64,000 bases of DNA, from assembly GCA_030696775.1 (NCBI GenBank), contig JAUYRN010000012.1, forward strand, positions 65,426 through 129,425, given 5' to 3'. Positions 50,774 to 59,699 of the stretch are shown here, one piece after another. Position numbers and translations under genes: made by a program. Source of the stretch: Sulfuricurvum sp. (lineage in GTDB: Bacteria > Campylobacterota > Campylobacteria > Campylobacterales > Sulfurimonadaceae). Each line of letters starts with the position of its first letter. Positions within the stretch are counted from its first letter, which is position 1. The notes below the pieces were generated by a model. The model was not told the DNA's origin and did no database searches. It saw nothing but the letters and a program-made list of their open reading frames with translations.

Positions 50774-53272
50774 ATGGCAATAATAATTCAACCGAATATG
50801 CGACTTGAAGACGTCGAATTTTACAAATATCTACAATCTATCACAAGCCCTTTTCTATCAAATATCGAATCTATAGTTCAAGAAAAAACTATTGTTTTAG
50901 CTAATGAAATTCCAAAAGTTTTTGATACCTATACAATACACGACATAAACCATTCCCTCAGAATTCTTCAACATTGCTACTGTTTAGTTCAGGATAAAAT
51001 AACAGAGATGAATGAACTAGACATCGTCATCCTTTTCTATTCTGCAATACTGCATGACATTGGTATGGCTGTAAGCACAGAAGAGTTAGAACAAATCAAA
51101 ACACAGGGATACAACTATAACGGACTAAAATTTTCTGCAATGCTCCATCAGCGAAATAATGATGAAAAAATTGCGATGCAAGATTTTATCCGAACAATTC
51201 ACGCAGACAGAGCCAATAATTATGTCTTGAATGAACAAAAGAGTAAATATTTACTTCCTTATCAGGAATTTGCAGATTTTCGAGCAGAAGTAGGTAAGGT
51301 TTGCGCATCACATGGTAAAGACTTCTTATGGATTCTAAAAAACCTCTCCAGTGAAACGCTTAAAGGAACCTATAAATTCAATTTACAATTTTGCTCATTT
51401 TTATTGAGATTAGGTGATCTTCTGGACTTTGATAGCAACAGAACACCACCTGTCTTGTATAAGATGATTGAACCTACTGGATATGGAAAAGCTGAATGGC
51501 AACAGCATTTTATGATCAAAAATTTCCAAAAAATCATAGAAAATGAGTCAAAACAAAAAACGATTACTATCATTGGTGAGTCTGATAATCCAAAAATTCA
51601 TAGAAAATTCTTGATGTATCTTAAATGGATTGAAAATGAGGTCGCATCCGTTATTAATGCATTGAAAAAAATGCCGTTATCCTATCAACTCAATTTAAAC
51701 CCTTTTTTGGAGGTCAATATTACGACTTCCAGCTACACCTTCTCCGACAAAAAACTATCAATAGATTATCAGGCCATCACCAAACTTTTGATGGGTGAAA
51801 AAATTTATGGTGACAAAAAACTCGCCCTTAGAGAAATGATTCAAAATTCAATAGATGCGTGTAAACTCAGAAAAGAATTTGAAGATTACAAAAAGCAATA
51901 TGGAGATGAAGAATTCACTGCTTCAATCAAAATAATCATCAATCGTGAAGCGGGCTATGTTGCTATAAAAGACAACGGTATGGGAATGACTATGGATATA
52001 GTCAACAACTATTTTTTAAATATAGGGAAATCCTACTATACCTCGGAATCATTTTTATTAGAAGAGTATAGTTATAAACCGATCGGAAATTTCGGTATCG
52101 GATTTTTAGCCTGTTTTATGCTATCTGATGAAATAAAAATCAGGACAAGGCATATTGATTCAGAGAATAAAATTTCTATTTCATTGGAAAAAGAGAGTGA
52201 ATATATCACACTCCATGAAGAACAAGATGTCCAGTTTGACGGAACAGAAATACTATTTAACTACAGTTCATTTATGAATGAATTTGACAATGATATTGAT
52301 AAATTAAACAAATTTTTAATTCCTCTATTTCTAATCGATGATTTTTCTATTAAAGTTGTTGATGTAGGCGAAAAACAAACTTATGAACTAAAAAATACTT
52401 TATCGCTAAATTCTCAAGACTTGAAACCTAATGAACATATTTTACCTCTTACAGAGTTTTTAAATGGGATTGATGGAAGTATAATTGTCAGATATTATGA
52501 TAGATACATTGATGATTTAACTGATATCACGGAAAAAGAAACTTATTATGTTTATAATAATTTGCGTTTAGAAAAAATAAACTCATCATATAATTTAAGT
52601 GAACTATATCATGATGGTGCATTTTATTTTATAGAGATTCCAATTATTACTTATCAGGATAGAGAGAATTATGATAAATATGCAGAAGCTTTAGATGATG
52701 ACTTAGATAATGTTATTGACAAACTTTCAGAAAATTCTGATTGGATTACTATTTTTTACGATCCAAAAGAAGTAAAAAATATTACCGAAGGCTTTATTGA
52801 CATTGAAATAGATAATATTATGAACAATATTTCATTTAAAGATTTACTCCCATTTGGTCAGGATCAAATATTACCTACAAAAGTATATTTACATCAAACA
52901 AAAGCTCATTTGCAAAAAAATAGATATTTACCTTATGGGAATCGAGAAACAAGATTTTATTACTTTTTTAATAAAGAAGTGAAAACCTATTTAAGAAATA
53001 TTTTAATAAGTGATTTTAAACTTCGTCCTGAGAATTTAGCAGATATATTTACAATTGAAGATTATAAAATCAATGTTATTAACAGAGATATTATTCCATC
53101 TATTTCAAGAAACAATTTTGATCAAAAAACAAATGACAAATTAACTTACGCTTTAACAAAAGCCATACATTTGTCTGCATTAAAATATATAAATTTAGAT
53201 GATACGAAGAAAGCTTTATTAAAAAGTTTTATAGACGAGTATTTTAGTGAAGTGACAAATTTAGAATCATAG
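50774..53272 (+). CDS. HD-domain + HSP90-like GHKL ATPase fusion (832 aa), probable conflict/defence protein
   Basis: YTIHDINH..RI, LHDIGM and LRLGDLLD (HD domain); LREMIQNSIDA, DNGMGM and GNFGIGF (HATPase N, G1 and G2 boxes); AT-rich variable C-terminus. Confidence 0.85.
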   Translation: MAIIIQPNMRLEDVEFYKYLQSITSPFLSNIESIVQEKTIVLANEIPKVFDTYTIHDINHSLRILQHCYCLVQDKITEMNELDIVILFYSAILHDIGMAVSTEELEQIKTQGYNYNGLKFSAMLHQRNNDEKIAMQDFIRTIHADRANNYVLNEQKSKYLLPYQEFADFRAEVGKVCASHGKDFLWILKNLSSETLKGTYKFNLQFCSFLLRLGDLLDFDSNRTPPVLYKMIEPTGYGKAEWQQHFMIKNFQKIIENESKQKTITIIGESDNPKIHRKFLMYLKWIENEVASVINALKKMPLSYQLNLNPFLEVNITTSSYTFSDKKLSIDYQAITKLLMGEKIYGDKKLALREMIQNSIDACKLRKEFEDYKKQYGDEEFTASIKIIINREAGYVAIKDNGMGMTMDIVNNYFLNIGKSYYTSESFLLEEYSYKPIGNFGIGFLACFMLSDEIKIRTRHIDSENKISISLEKESEYITLHEEQDVQFDGTEILFNYSSFMNEFDNDIDKLNKFLIPLFLIDDFSIKVVDVGEKQTYELKNTLSLNSQDLKPNEHILPLTEFLNGIDGSIIVRYYDRYIDDLTDITEKETYYVYNNLRLEKINSSYNLSELYHDGAFYFIEIPIITYQDRENYDKYAEALDDDLDNVIDKLSENSDWITIFYDPKEVKNITEGFIDIEIDNIMNNISFKDLLPFGQDQILPTKVYLHQTKAHLQKNRYLPYGNRETRFYYFFNKEVKTYLRNILISDFKLRPENLADIFTIEDYKINVINRDIIPSISRNNFDQKTNDKLTYALTKAIHLSALKYINLDDTKKALLKSFIDEYFSEVTNLES

Positions 53273-53373
53273 GGTTGGAGTAAATTCGAACCAATATTAA
53301 ACATTTTTGTCTCTTCTCACCCCATTCTCTCCAAAATCCTACAAAATAAGATAATTTTACTCCTATTTCCAAC

Positions 53374-53389
53374 AAGAACGCAAAATGCA
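53374..53389 (+). promoter_or_regulatory. Sigma54-like element upstream of SIR2-clpP-clpX (AAGAACGCAAAATGCA)
   Basis: AG-N10-GC, with GC about 34 nt before the ATG. Confidence 0.58.
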
Positions 53390-53421
53390 ATATTCCATTC
53401 AAAGTTCCAAAAGGGATCACG

Positions 53422-54252
53422 ATGGACACACAAATCGAAACAATAAAAAAAGAATTACGCAATCAAACCACCATTCCCTACTTCGGATTGGGTGTCTTTG
53501 AGGGGATCATGACAAAAGAGGGAGAAGCCGTTCCTCATGACAGTGATTCGCTGATTTTGGCGATGAATGGCGGGCGGGCTATGGCTCCACGCCTCATGTT
53601 TGAGTACTCACGTGCGGCGATGCATTTGGAACAGCGTCGCGGTGTCGAGTACATGACACAGCTTATGAATCATATCTATACCAAACCATTCGAGCCGACA
53701 CCATTGCACAAAGCGATCATTGATATGTCACCACGCTACATCGTTGATACCAATCGCGACACGAAGTTTCAAGAACTTTTAGCGTTTACTCCGCATTGTC
53801 TCATCATTGGTAAATCACGCATCATGGGTGATTTAAACCGCTATGAAACGTATGAATACGATGTTGAGAATCAGAAATATTTTCTCGTAGATGATGAGGT
53901 GCTAGAGAGTGCGGAAAAAATCCTCTTCAAACCGATGGGCTCACCGTTACCTAATCCAACCTTTGTCATCTCCGATGCCGATTACGTAGATTGGCTTACC
54001 GAAGCGATGGGAGGATTTGCCGTGCCAAAAGTACTAAAAACCTACCGTAAAGCAAAAAAATATCTCTTTTTAGGCACATCTTTCGGTCACGATACCGATC
54101 GGATGGTGGCTAACGAGCTTAGCTTTGATTTGGAGGGTGGATATGTCATCACCGATCAAGAGCTGGGGAAAAAAGAGAAAAAGTTTATCGAGAAACACAA
54201 TATTGAAGTGATTCCTATGTCACTTCAAGAATTTATCCAAGCATTCATTTAA
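53422..54252 (+). CDS. SIR2-like family protein (nif-associated type)
   Basis: IPYFGLGV, IVDTNRD, LFKPMGS, ISDADYV and YLFLG, the SIR2_2 pattern. Confidence 0.75.
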   Translation: MDTQIETIKKELRNQTTIPYFGLGVFEGIMTKEGEAVPHDSDSLILAMNGGRAMAPRLMFEYSRAAMHLEQRRGVEYMTQLMNHIYTKPFEPTPLHKAIIDMSPRYIVDTNRDTKFQELLAFTPHCLIIGKSRIMGDLNRYETYEYDVENQKYFLVDDEVLESAEKILFKPMGSPLPNPTFVISDADYVDWLTEAMGGFAVPKVLKTYRKAKKYLFLGTSFGHDTDRMVANELSFDLEGGYVITDQELGKKEKKFIEKHNIEVIPMSLQEFIQAFI

Positions 54253-54263
54253 AGGAGATAATC

Positions 54264-54857
54264 ATGCCTTACTTACCTACAGTTAAAGATGTTTCGCCTC
54301 GCGGAGAGCGTTATTTCGATTTGTTTTCCAAACTTTTAGGCGATCGTGTCATCGTTATCACCGAAGCAATTGATGATCACATGATGGGGATTATCGTTTC
54401 TCAACTGCTGTATCTGGAAGCGATGGATTCCGAAGAACCGATTCATGTTTACATCAGTTCACCGGGTGGTTCAGTGATGAGTGGATTAGCCATATTAGAT
54501 ACTATGAACTTAATCAATGCCCCCGTGCATACCTATGCCATGGGGATGGTAGCATCGATGGCGGCGGTGTTATTTACCTGTGGGGAAAAAGGGCATCGTT
54601 ATATGCTCCCTAATGCAGAAGTGATGATTCATCAGCCATTGGGCGGCTATTCGGGTCAAGCAAGCGACATTGAGATTCATACGAAACATATCCTCAATCT
54701 CAAACGCCGTTTGTATGTGATCCTCGCTGAGGCGACGGGGAAAAGTGCCAAAGTGATCGAAAAAGAATCCGACCGCGACAACTACATGGAAGCCAAAGAA
54801 GCAATCGAGTTTGGCTTAGCGGATACGATTTTGACTAAATTCAGTGCGAAGGATTGA
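54264..54857 (+). CDS. clpP: ATP-dependent Clp protease proteolytic subunit
   Basis: YISSPGG, ASMA (Ser), MIHQP (His) and RDNYM (Asp). Confidence 0.95.
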   Translation: MPYLPTVKDVSPRGERYFDLFSKLLGDRVIVITEAIDDHMMGIIVSQLLYLEAMDSEEPIHVYISSPGGSVMSGLAILDTMNLINAPVHTYAMGMVASMAAVLFTCGEKGHRYMLPNAEVMIHQPLGGYSGQASDIEIHTKHILNLKRRLYVILAEATGKSAKVIEKESDRDNYMEAKEAIEFGLADTILTKFSAKD

Positions 54858-54860
54858 GTG

Positions 54861-56075
54861 ATGAATACTGAAAAAAACTGCTCATTTTGCGGACGACCAC
54901 AGCGTGAAGTGAAAAAAATGTTCTCCTCGGAGACAACCCATATTTGTAACGAGTGTATCACAACTTGTTCAGCAATACTTCAAAAGGAAGTACGCTACGA
55001 GCAACGCTCCGAAATGCAGCAACAGCTCCCTATTCCCGAAAAGATCGTGGAGTTTTTAGACAAATACATCATTGGTCAAGTGGATGCGAAAAAAGTCCTT
55101 GCCGTTGCATTGTACAACCACTACAAACGCATTGAAAACCCGATTTACAATAATGTTGAGTTGGAAAAAAGCAATATTCTCCTCGTAGGGCCTACGGGAA
55201 GCGGTAAAACATTACTTGCCAAATCGCTTTCAAAAATCATGCAAGTTCCGTTTGCCGTTGCTGATGCAACAGCACTCACCGAAGCTGGATACGTAGGGGA
55301 AGACGTCGAAAGCATCCTCTCTCGTCTCCTTGCCGCAGCCAACTATGACATCGAGCTCGCACAACGAGGAATCATCTACATCGACGAGATCGATAAAATC
55401 GCCCGCAAGTCAGAATCTTCTACTATGGGACGTGATGTTTCCGGTGAAGGGGTACAACAAGGGTTACTCAAAATTCTTGAAGGGGCAGAAGTGTACGTCC
55501 CAGTCAAAGGGAGCCGTAAAAACTCCACCACCGAAACGGTATTATTCAATACTACTCACGTCCTCTTCGTCTGTGGCGGTGCGTTTGTTGGTCTTGTACC
55601 CGATACCCATACTAAAAAGTCAAATAAAGTCGGATTTAGTAAAAGTACGGCAGAAACCGTCGTTAAACCTAAAAAGATCGATGCCAAAGCGCTCGTCCAT
55701 TACGGGATCATCCCTGAGTTTATCGGGCGTATCCCCGTCGTTGCACAGCTGACCGAGCTTACCAAAGAGCAAATGGTGCAAATCCTCCAAGAACCGGACA
55801 ATGCTCTTATCAAACAATTTCAAGCGCTGTTTGATATGGACGGTATCGAGCTAAACTTCGAAGCCAAAGCCCTCGATGCCGTTGCCCAAAAAGCAATCGA
55901 CCGTGGTGTAGGCGCACGCGGATTACGCAGTATTATCGAAGAAGCGATGCTGCCGTTGCAATTTAGCTGCCCATCGAAAAAGAATCTACAAAGCCTCACC
56001 ATCACTGAAGCGGTGATCGAAGACCCAACCAATGAACCGATTTACGTATACAAAGAAGAACAAGCCCAAGGGTAA
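54861..56075 (+). CDS. clpX: ATP-dependent Clp protease ATP-binding subunit
   Basis: CSFC..CNEC Zn finger, [26 protein letters not shown], a VGF loop and GARGLR. Confidence 0.96.
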   Translation: MNTEKNCSFCGRPQREVKKMFSSETTHICNECITTCSAILQKEVRYEQRSEMQQQLPIPEKIVEFLDKYIIGQVDAKKVLAVALYNHYKRIENPIYNNVELEKSNILLVGPTGSGKTLLAKSLSKIMQVPFAVADATALTEAGYVGEDVESILSRLLAAANYDIELAQRGIIYIDEIDKIARKSESSTMGRDVSGEGVQQGLLKILEGAEVYVPVKGSRKNSTTETVLFNTTHVLFVCGGAFVGLVPDTHTKKSNKVGFSKSTAETVVKPKKIDAKALVHYGIIPEFIGRIPVVAQLTELTKEQMVQILQEPDNALIKQFQALFDMDGIELNFEAKALDAVAQKAIDRGVGARGLRSIIEEAMLPLQFSCPSKKNLQSLTITEAVIEDPTNEPIYVYKEEQAQG

Positions 56076-56110
56076 GCTTCTGCATCATTACCGTAGAGAA
56101 TTTACTCTTT

Positions 56111-56137
56111 TGTATGCTTTGTCTGTCAAAGTATACA
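56111..56137 (+). terminator. Hairpin after clpX
   Basis: TGTATGCTTTG / CAAAGTATACA stem with one G-U pair. Confidence 0.45.
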
Positions 56138-56225
56138 ATTACGCTCAATCTTAAGGGTAGCCAGTTAATATGTATAAGCTTATTATGATCAATAAGTAAT
56201 AAGTTTATACAACAGGGAAATACCT

Positions 56226-59200
56226 ATGACAGTAATAACAGAGAATGCTCAGACAGACCAATTCTCTGAAACGAACAATACAATTGATCCTTACGATACT
56301 GATACCCAATTAAATTTTCCCATTGTAGGCATAGGCGCTTCCGCTGGAGGTTTAGCGGCTTTTGAGGCGTTCTTTTCAGGTTTGCCCGCTAATGTTGATT
56401 CTGAAATGGCGTATGTGCTCGTTCAGCATCTTTCTCCCGAGCATAAAAGTATACTGACAGAGCTCATCAGCCACTATACCAGTATGAAAGTTTTCGAAGT
56501 TGAAGATGGTATGGCGGTACAGCCCAATTGTGTTTATGTCATTCCACCCGGTCAGGATATGGCTATTTTAAATGGAATTCTGCAACTTTTTGAGCCTACT
56601 GAACTGCATGGTCATCGTTTACCCATTAATTATTTTTTTCGTTCTTTGGCACAAGATCAGGCACAAAAAGCTATCGCTATCATCTTGACAGGTACTGGCA
56701 GTGATGGAACATTAGGAATACAAGCCATTAAGGCAGAAGGTGGAATGGTGATGGCTCAAAGCCTCAATTCTGCTGAGTACGATGGAATGCCTAGCAGTGC
56801 CATCGCAACAGGACTTGTGGATTACGAACTTTCGCCCTCTGAAATGCCCCTCAAACTGATAGACTATGTGACCCATGCGTTTGGAACTCCGCCACGCACT
56901 CCCACCTCTCCAACATTGCAGTATGAAAATTCGCTCAAGAAAATTTTTATCCTTCTTCGTGCCCAAACCGGTCATGATTTTTCCCTCTATAAACCCAGTA
57001 CCATTTATCGTCGTATTGAACGACGCATGGTGGTTCACCAAATTGATGAGATAGGCAAATACGTTAAATATTTACAAAATACACCGACCGAGATAGTAGC
57101 ATTGTTTCGTGACTTGTTAATTGGTGTCACCAATTTTTTCCGTGACCCAGAAGCATTTAAGCTACTTGAAGAATATATCATTCCCAAACTTTTTATCGCT
57201 AAACCCGAAGGAAGTGTCATTCGAATTTGGTCGACGGGATGTTCTACGGGCGAAGAAGCGTACTCCATAGCAATACTTTTGTCAGAGTATATGGAAGCCA
57301 TGAAATTGCACCATGTGGTTCAGATCTTTGCTACGGACATCGATGCTCAAGCAATAGCAAAAGCACGTACTGGGCTATTTTCATCCAGTATATCAACTGA
57401 AGTTACAGCAGAACGACTGGGACGTTTTTTTACAGCTGAGCCCGATGGCAGTATGTATCGAATCCATAAAAATATTCGTGATATGCTGATTTTTTCAGAA
57501 CATAATATTATTAAAGATCCTCCCTTCTCTAGGCTGGACCTCATTTCCTGCCGCAATCTTCTCATTTATATGGGGTCAGAGTTGCAAAAAAAACTTTTTC
57601 CATTATTTCATTATGCACTTAATTCCAATGGTATCCTTTTTTTAGGCACCTCCGAATGCATCGGCGATTTTACCGACCTATTTTCGGTAATGGATCGAAA
57701 AGCAAAAATATACCAACGAAAAGAACAGCTCTATGGAGTAAAACGGACAAATATAAAACAGCTCCTTCCCTCGATAAGCACCATTCGCACGGTCATTTCT
57801 CAGCCAGCAGGAAAGCTCTCTGAGCGGAAACTACCCCTTCGCGAGCTAACCGAGCAGGCACTCTTACAACAAATTGCACCCTCTGGAGCACTTGTTAATA
57901 TAAAAGGTGACATTCTCTACCTTTATGGGCGTATGGGAATGTATCTGGAATTACCTGTGGGTGAAACCAGCAGTATTAATATTCTAAAAATGGCGCGTGA
58001 AGGTTTACAGCGTGATTTAACGATTGCTTTGCATAAAGCCGTCTCCTCAAAAGAGATTATTCGCTACTCTAGTTTGAGCATCAATGTTAATGGCCATTTC
58101 AATACCATCAATCTCACCATCCGACCAGTAGTGATTTCTGTCGATCCTACGGTAACACCTGAGTCTCCTTTGTACTTGATTATTCTTGAAGAAGTACCGC
58201 TGACAGAGGTACAAAGAGCTCAAAAAAAGGCTCTCCAAACATTATCACAAGAAGATGGATCAAATCAAGAAGAGCATTTTAGTATTGAGCTATTGAAAAA
58301 AGAGTTGTGGGCGAAAGAAGAATATCTTCAAATTGCCAATGAAGAGATGGAAAGCTCCAATGAAAAACTGAAATCCTCAAACGAAGAGATGCAATCCATA
58401 AACGAAGAGTTACAATCGACCAATGAAGAGCTTGAAACGTCGAAAGAAGAGTTACAATCCGCGAATGAAGAGTTGGCAACCGTTAATATCGAACTGCAAA
58501 CCAAAGTCTCTGATTTATCCCTTGCCAATAATGATATGAACAATTTACTCGCAGGAACGGGTGTGGGTACGGTTTTTGTGGATCACCAACTGCGTATTCT
58601 CCGTTTCACTCCCGAAGCTAAAATGATAATCAACCTTATATCCGGTGATGAGGGAAGACCTGTTTCTCATATTGTTTCCAACTTAATCGGCTATATTAAC
58701 CTAGTGGATGATGTGCAGGCGGTGCTGGATACCTTGATGCCAAAAGAGTTGGATGTCCAAACAGTGATTGGTAAATGGTACACGATGCGTATCCTCCCCT
58801 ACCGAACGATTGACAACGTCATTGAGGGTGCTGTCATTACTTTTATAGACAATACCGCCCGTAAAGATGCCGAAGCCGCACTCTATAAAGCAGGAACGCT
58901 GCAAAGAGCTATTTTTAACAGTACTAATTTTTCCAGTATTGCTACCGATAAAAAGGGCGTTATTCAAATTTTTAACGTTGGTGCAGAGAAAATGTTAGGC
59001 TATGCAGCCACGGAGGTGATGAACAAAATCACACCGGCTGATATTTCTGATCCGACAGAAATCATCCAGAGGGCTGAAAGTTTAAGTTTGGAATTCAACA
59101 CACCCATAGCCCCAGGCTTTGAAGCGTTGGTGTTCAAAGCTTCCCGTGAGATCGAGGATATATATGAGCTTACGTATGTTCGTAAAGATGGCAGTCGCTT

Positions 59201-59699
59201 TCCGGCAGTCGTTTCTGTGACGGCTTTACGTGACGATAAAGAGAAGATTATCGGCTACTTACTCATCGGTACAGACAATACGGCTCGCAAAGAAGCAGCA
59301 GAAGCACAGCTCAAAGTTAATGAGTTGCTTCGTTTAGCCGTAGTTGTACGTGATGCGCATGATGCCATTACCGTTCAAAGCTTGGATGGTACGATTCTTG
59401 CCTGGAATCCCGGAGCCGTGAGAATGTATGGTTGGAGTGAAGAGGAAGCACTAAAAATGAATGTACGCGACCGCATACCAAAAGCGCTCCAAGAAGAAGC
59501 GCTAGTGCGAGTACATCAGTTGAGCCAAGCTGAAGTCTTGGAGCCATTATTTACACAACGAATGAGAAAAGACGCTCAAACAGTAGAAGTCTGGCTGACG
59601 GCTACTGCTTTAGTAAATGAAAGCGGTAATATCTATGCAGTAGCCACCACAGAACGGATGATTGAATCAAAAATCAATATGAAGAGAGTAACCTCATGA
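56226..59699 (+). CDS. CheB methylesterase-CheR methyltransferase-PAS fusion (1157 aa)
   Basis: CheB S/H/D (GASAGG, VQHL, TGSDG); CheR VTNFFRD and GCSTGEE; a long coiled coil; three C-terminal PAS/PAC modules; no kinase domain. Confidence 0.93.
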   Translation: MTVITENAQTDQFSETNNTIDPYDTDTQLNFPIVGIGASAGGLAAFEAFFSGLPANVDSEMAYVLVQHLSPEHKSILTELISHYTSMKVFEVEDGMAVQPNCVYVIPPGQDMAILNGILQLFEPTELHGHRLPINYFFRSLAQDQAQKAIAIILTGTGSDGTLGIQAIKAEGGMVMAQSLNSAEYDGMPSSAIATGLVDYELSPSEMPLKLIDYVTHAFGTPPRTPTSPTLQYENSLKKIFILLRAQTGHDFSLYKPSTIYRRIERRMVVHQIDEIGKYVKYLQNTPTEIVALFRDLLIGVTNFFRDPEAFKLLEEYIIPKLFIAKPEGSVIRIWSTGCSTGEEAYSIAILLSEYMEAMKLHHVVQIFATDIDAQAIAKARTGLFSSSISTEVTAERLGRFFTAEPDGSMYRIHKNIRDMLIFSEHNIIKDPPFSRLDLISCRNLLIYMGSELQKKLFPLFHYALNSNGILFLGTSECIGDFTDLFSVMDRKAKIYQRKEQLYGVKRTNIKQLLPSISTIRTVISQPAGKLSERKLPLRELTEQALLQQIAPSGALVNIKGDILYLYGRMGMYLELPVGETSSINILKMAREGLQRDLTIALHKAVSSKEIIRYSSLSINVNGHFNTINLTIRPVVISVDPTVTPESPLYLIILEEVPLTEVQRAQKKALQTLSQEDGSNQEEHFSIELLKKELWAKEEYLQIANEEMESSNEKLKSSNEEMQSINEELQSTNEELETSKEELQSANEELATVNIELQTKVSDLSLANNDMNNLLAGTGVGTVFVDHQLRILRFTPEAKMIINLISGDEGRPVSHIVSNLIGYINLVDDVQAVLDTLMPKELDVQTVIGKWYTMRILPYRTIDNVIEGAVITFIDNTARKDAEAALYKAGTLQRAIFNSTNFSSIATDKKGVIQIFNVGAEKMLGYAATEVMNKITPADISDPTEIIQRAESLSLEFNTPIAPGFEALVFKASREIEDIYELTYVRKDGSRFPAVVSVTALRDDKEKIIGYLLIGTDNTARKEAAEAQLKVNELLRLAVVVRDAHDAITVQSLDGTILAWNPGAVRMYGWSEEEALKMNVRDRIPKALQEEALVRVHQLSQAEVLEPLFTQRMRKDAQTVEVWLTATALVNESGNIYAVATTERMIESKINMKRVTS

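Noticed and set aside
50774-54252. HD-HSP90 gene plus SIR2 gene as a two-gene Sir2-type defence system
   Set aside because: The SIR2 gene has its own nif-type promoter motif, host-like composition, an apparently missing catalytic His, and is coupled to clpP-clpX. The adjacency looks like an insertion.
58320-58500. Periodic GAAGAG repeats as a CRISPR array or tandem repeat
   Set aside because: They are the codons of the EELQSxNEEL coiled coil in the CheB/CheR protein; there is no repeat-spacer structure and no cas gene.
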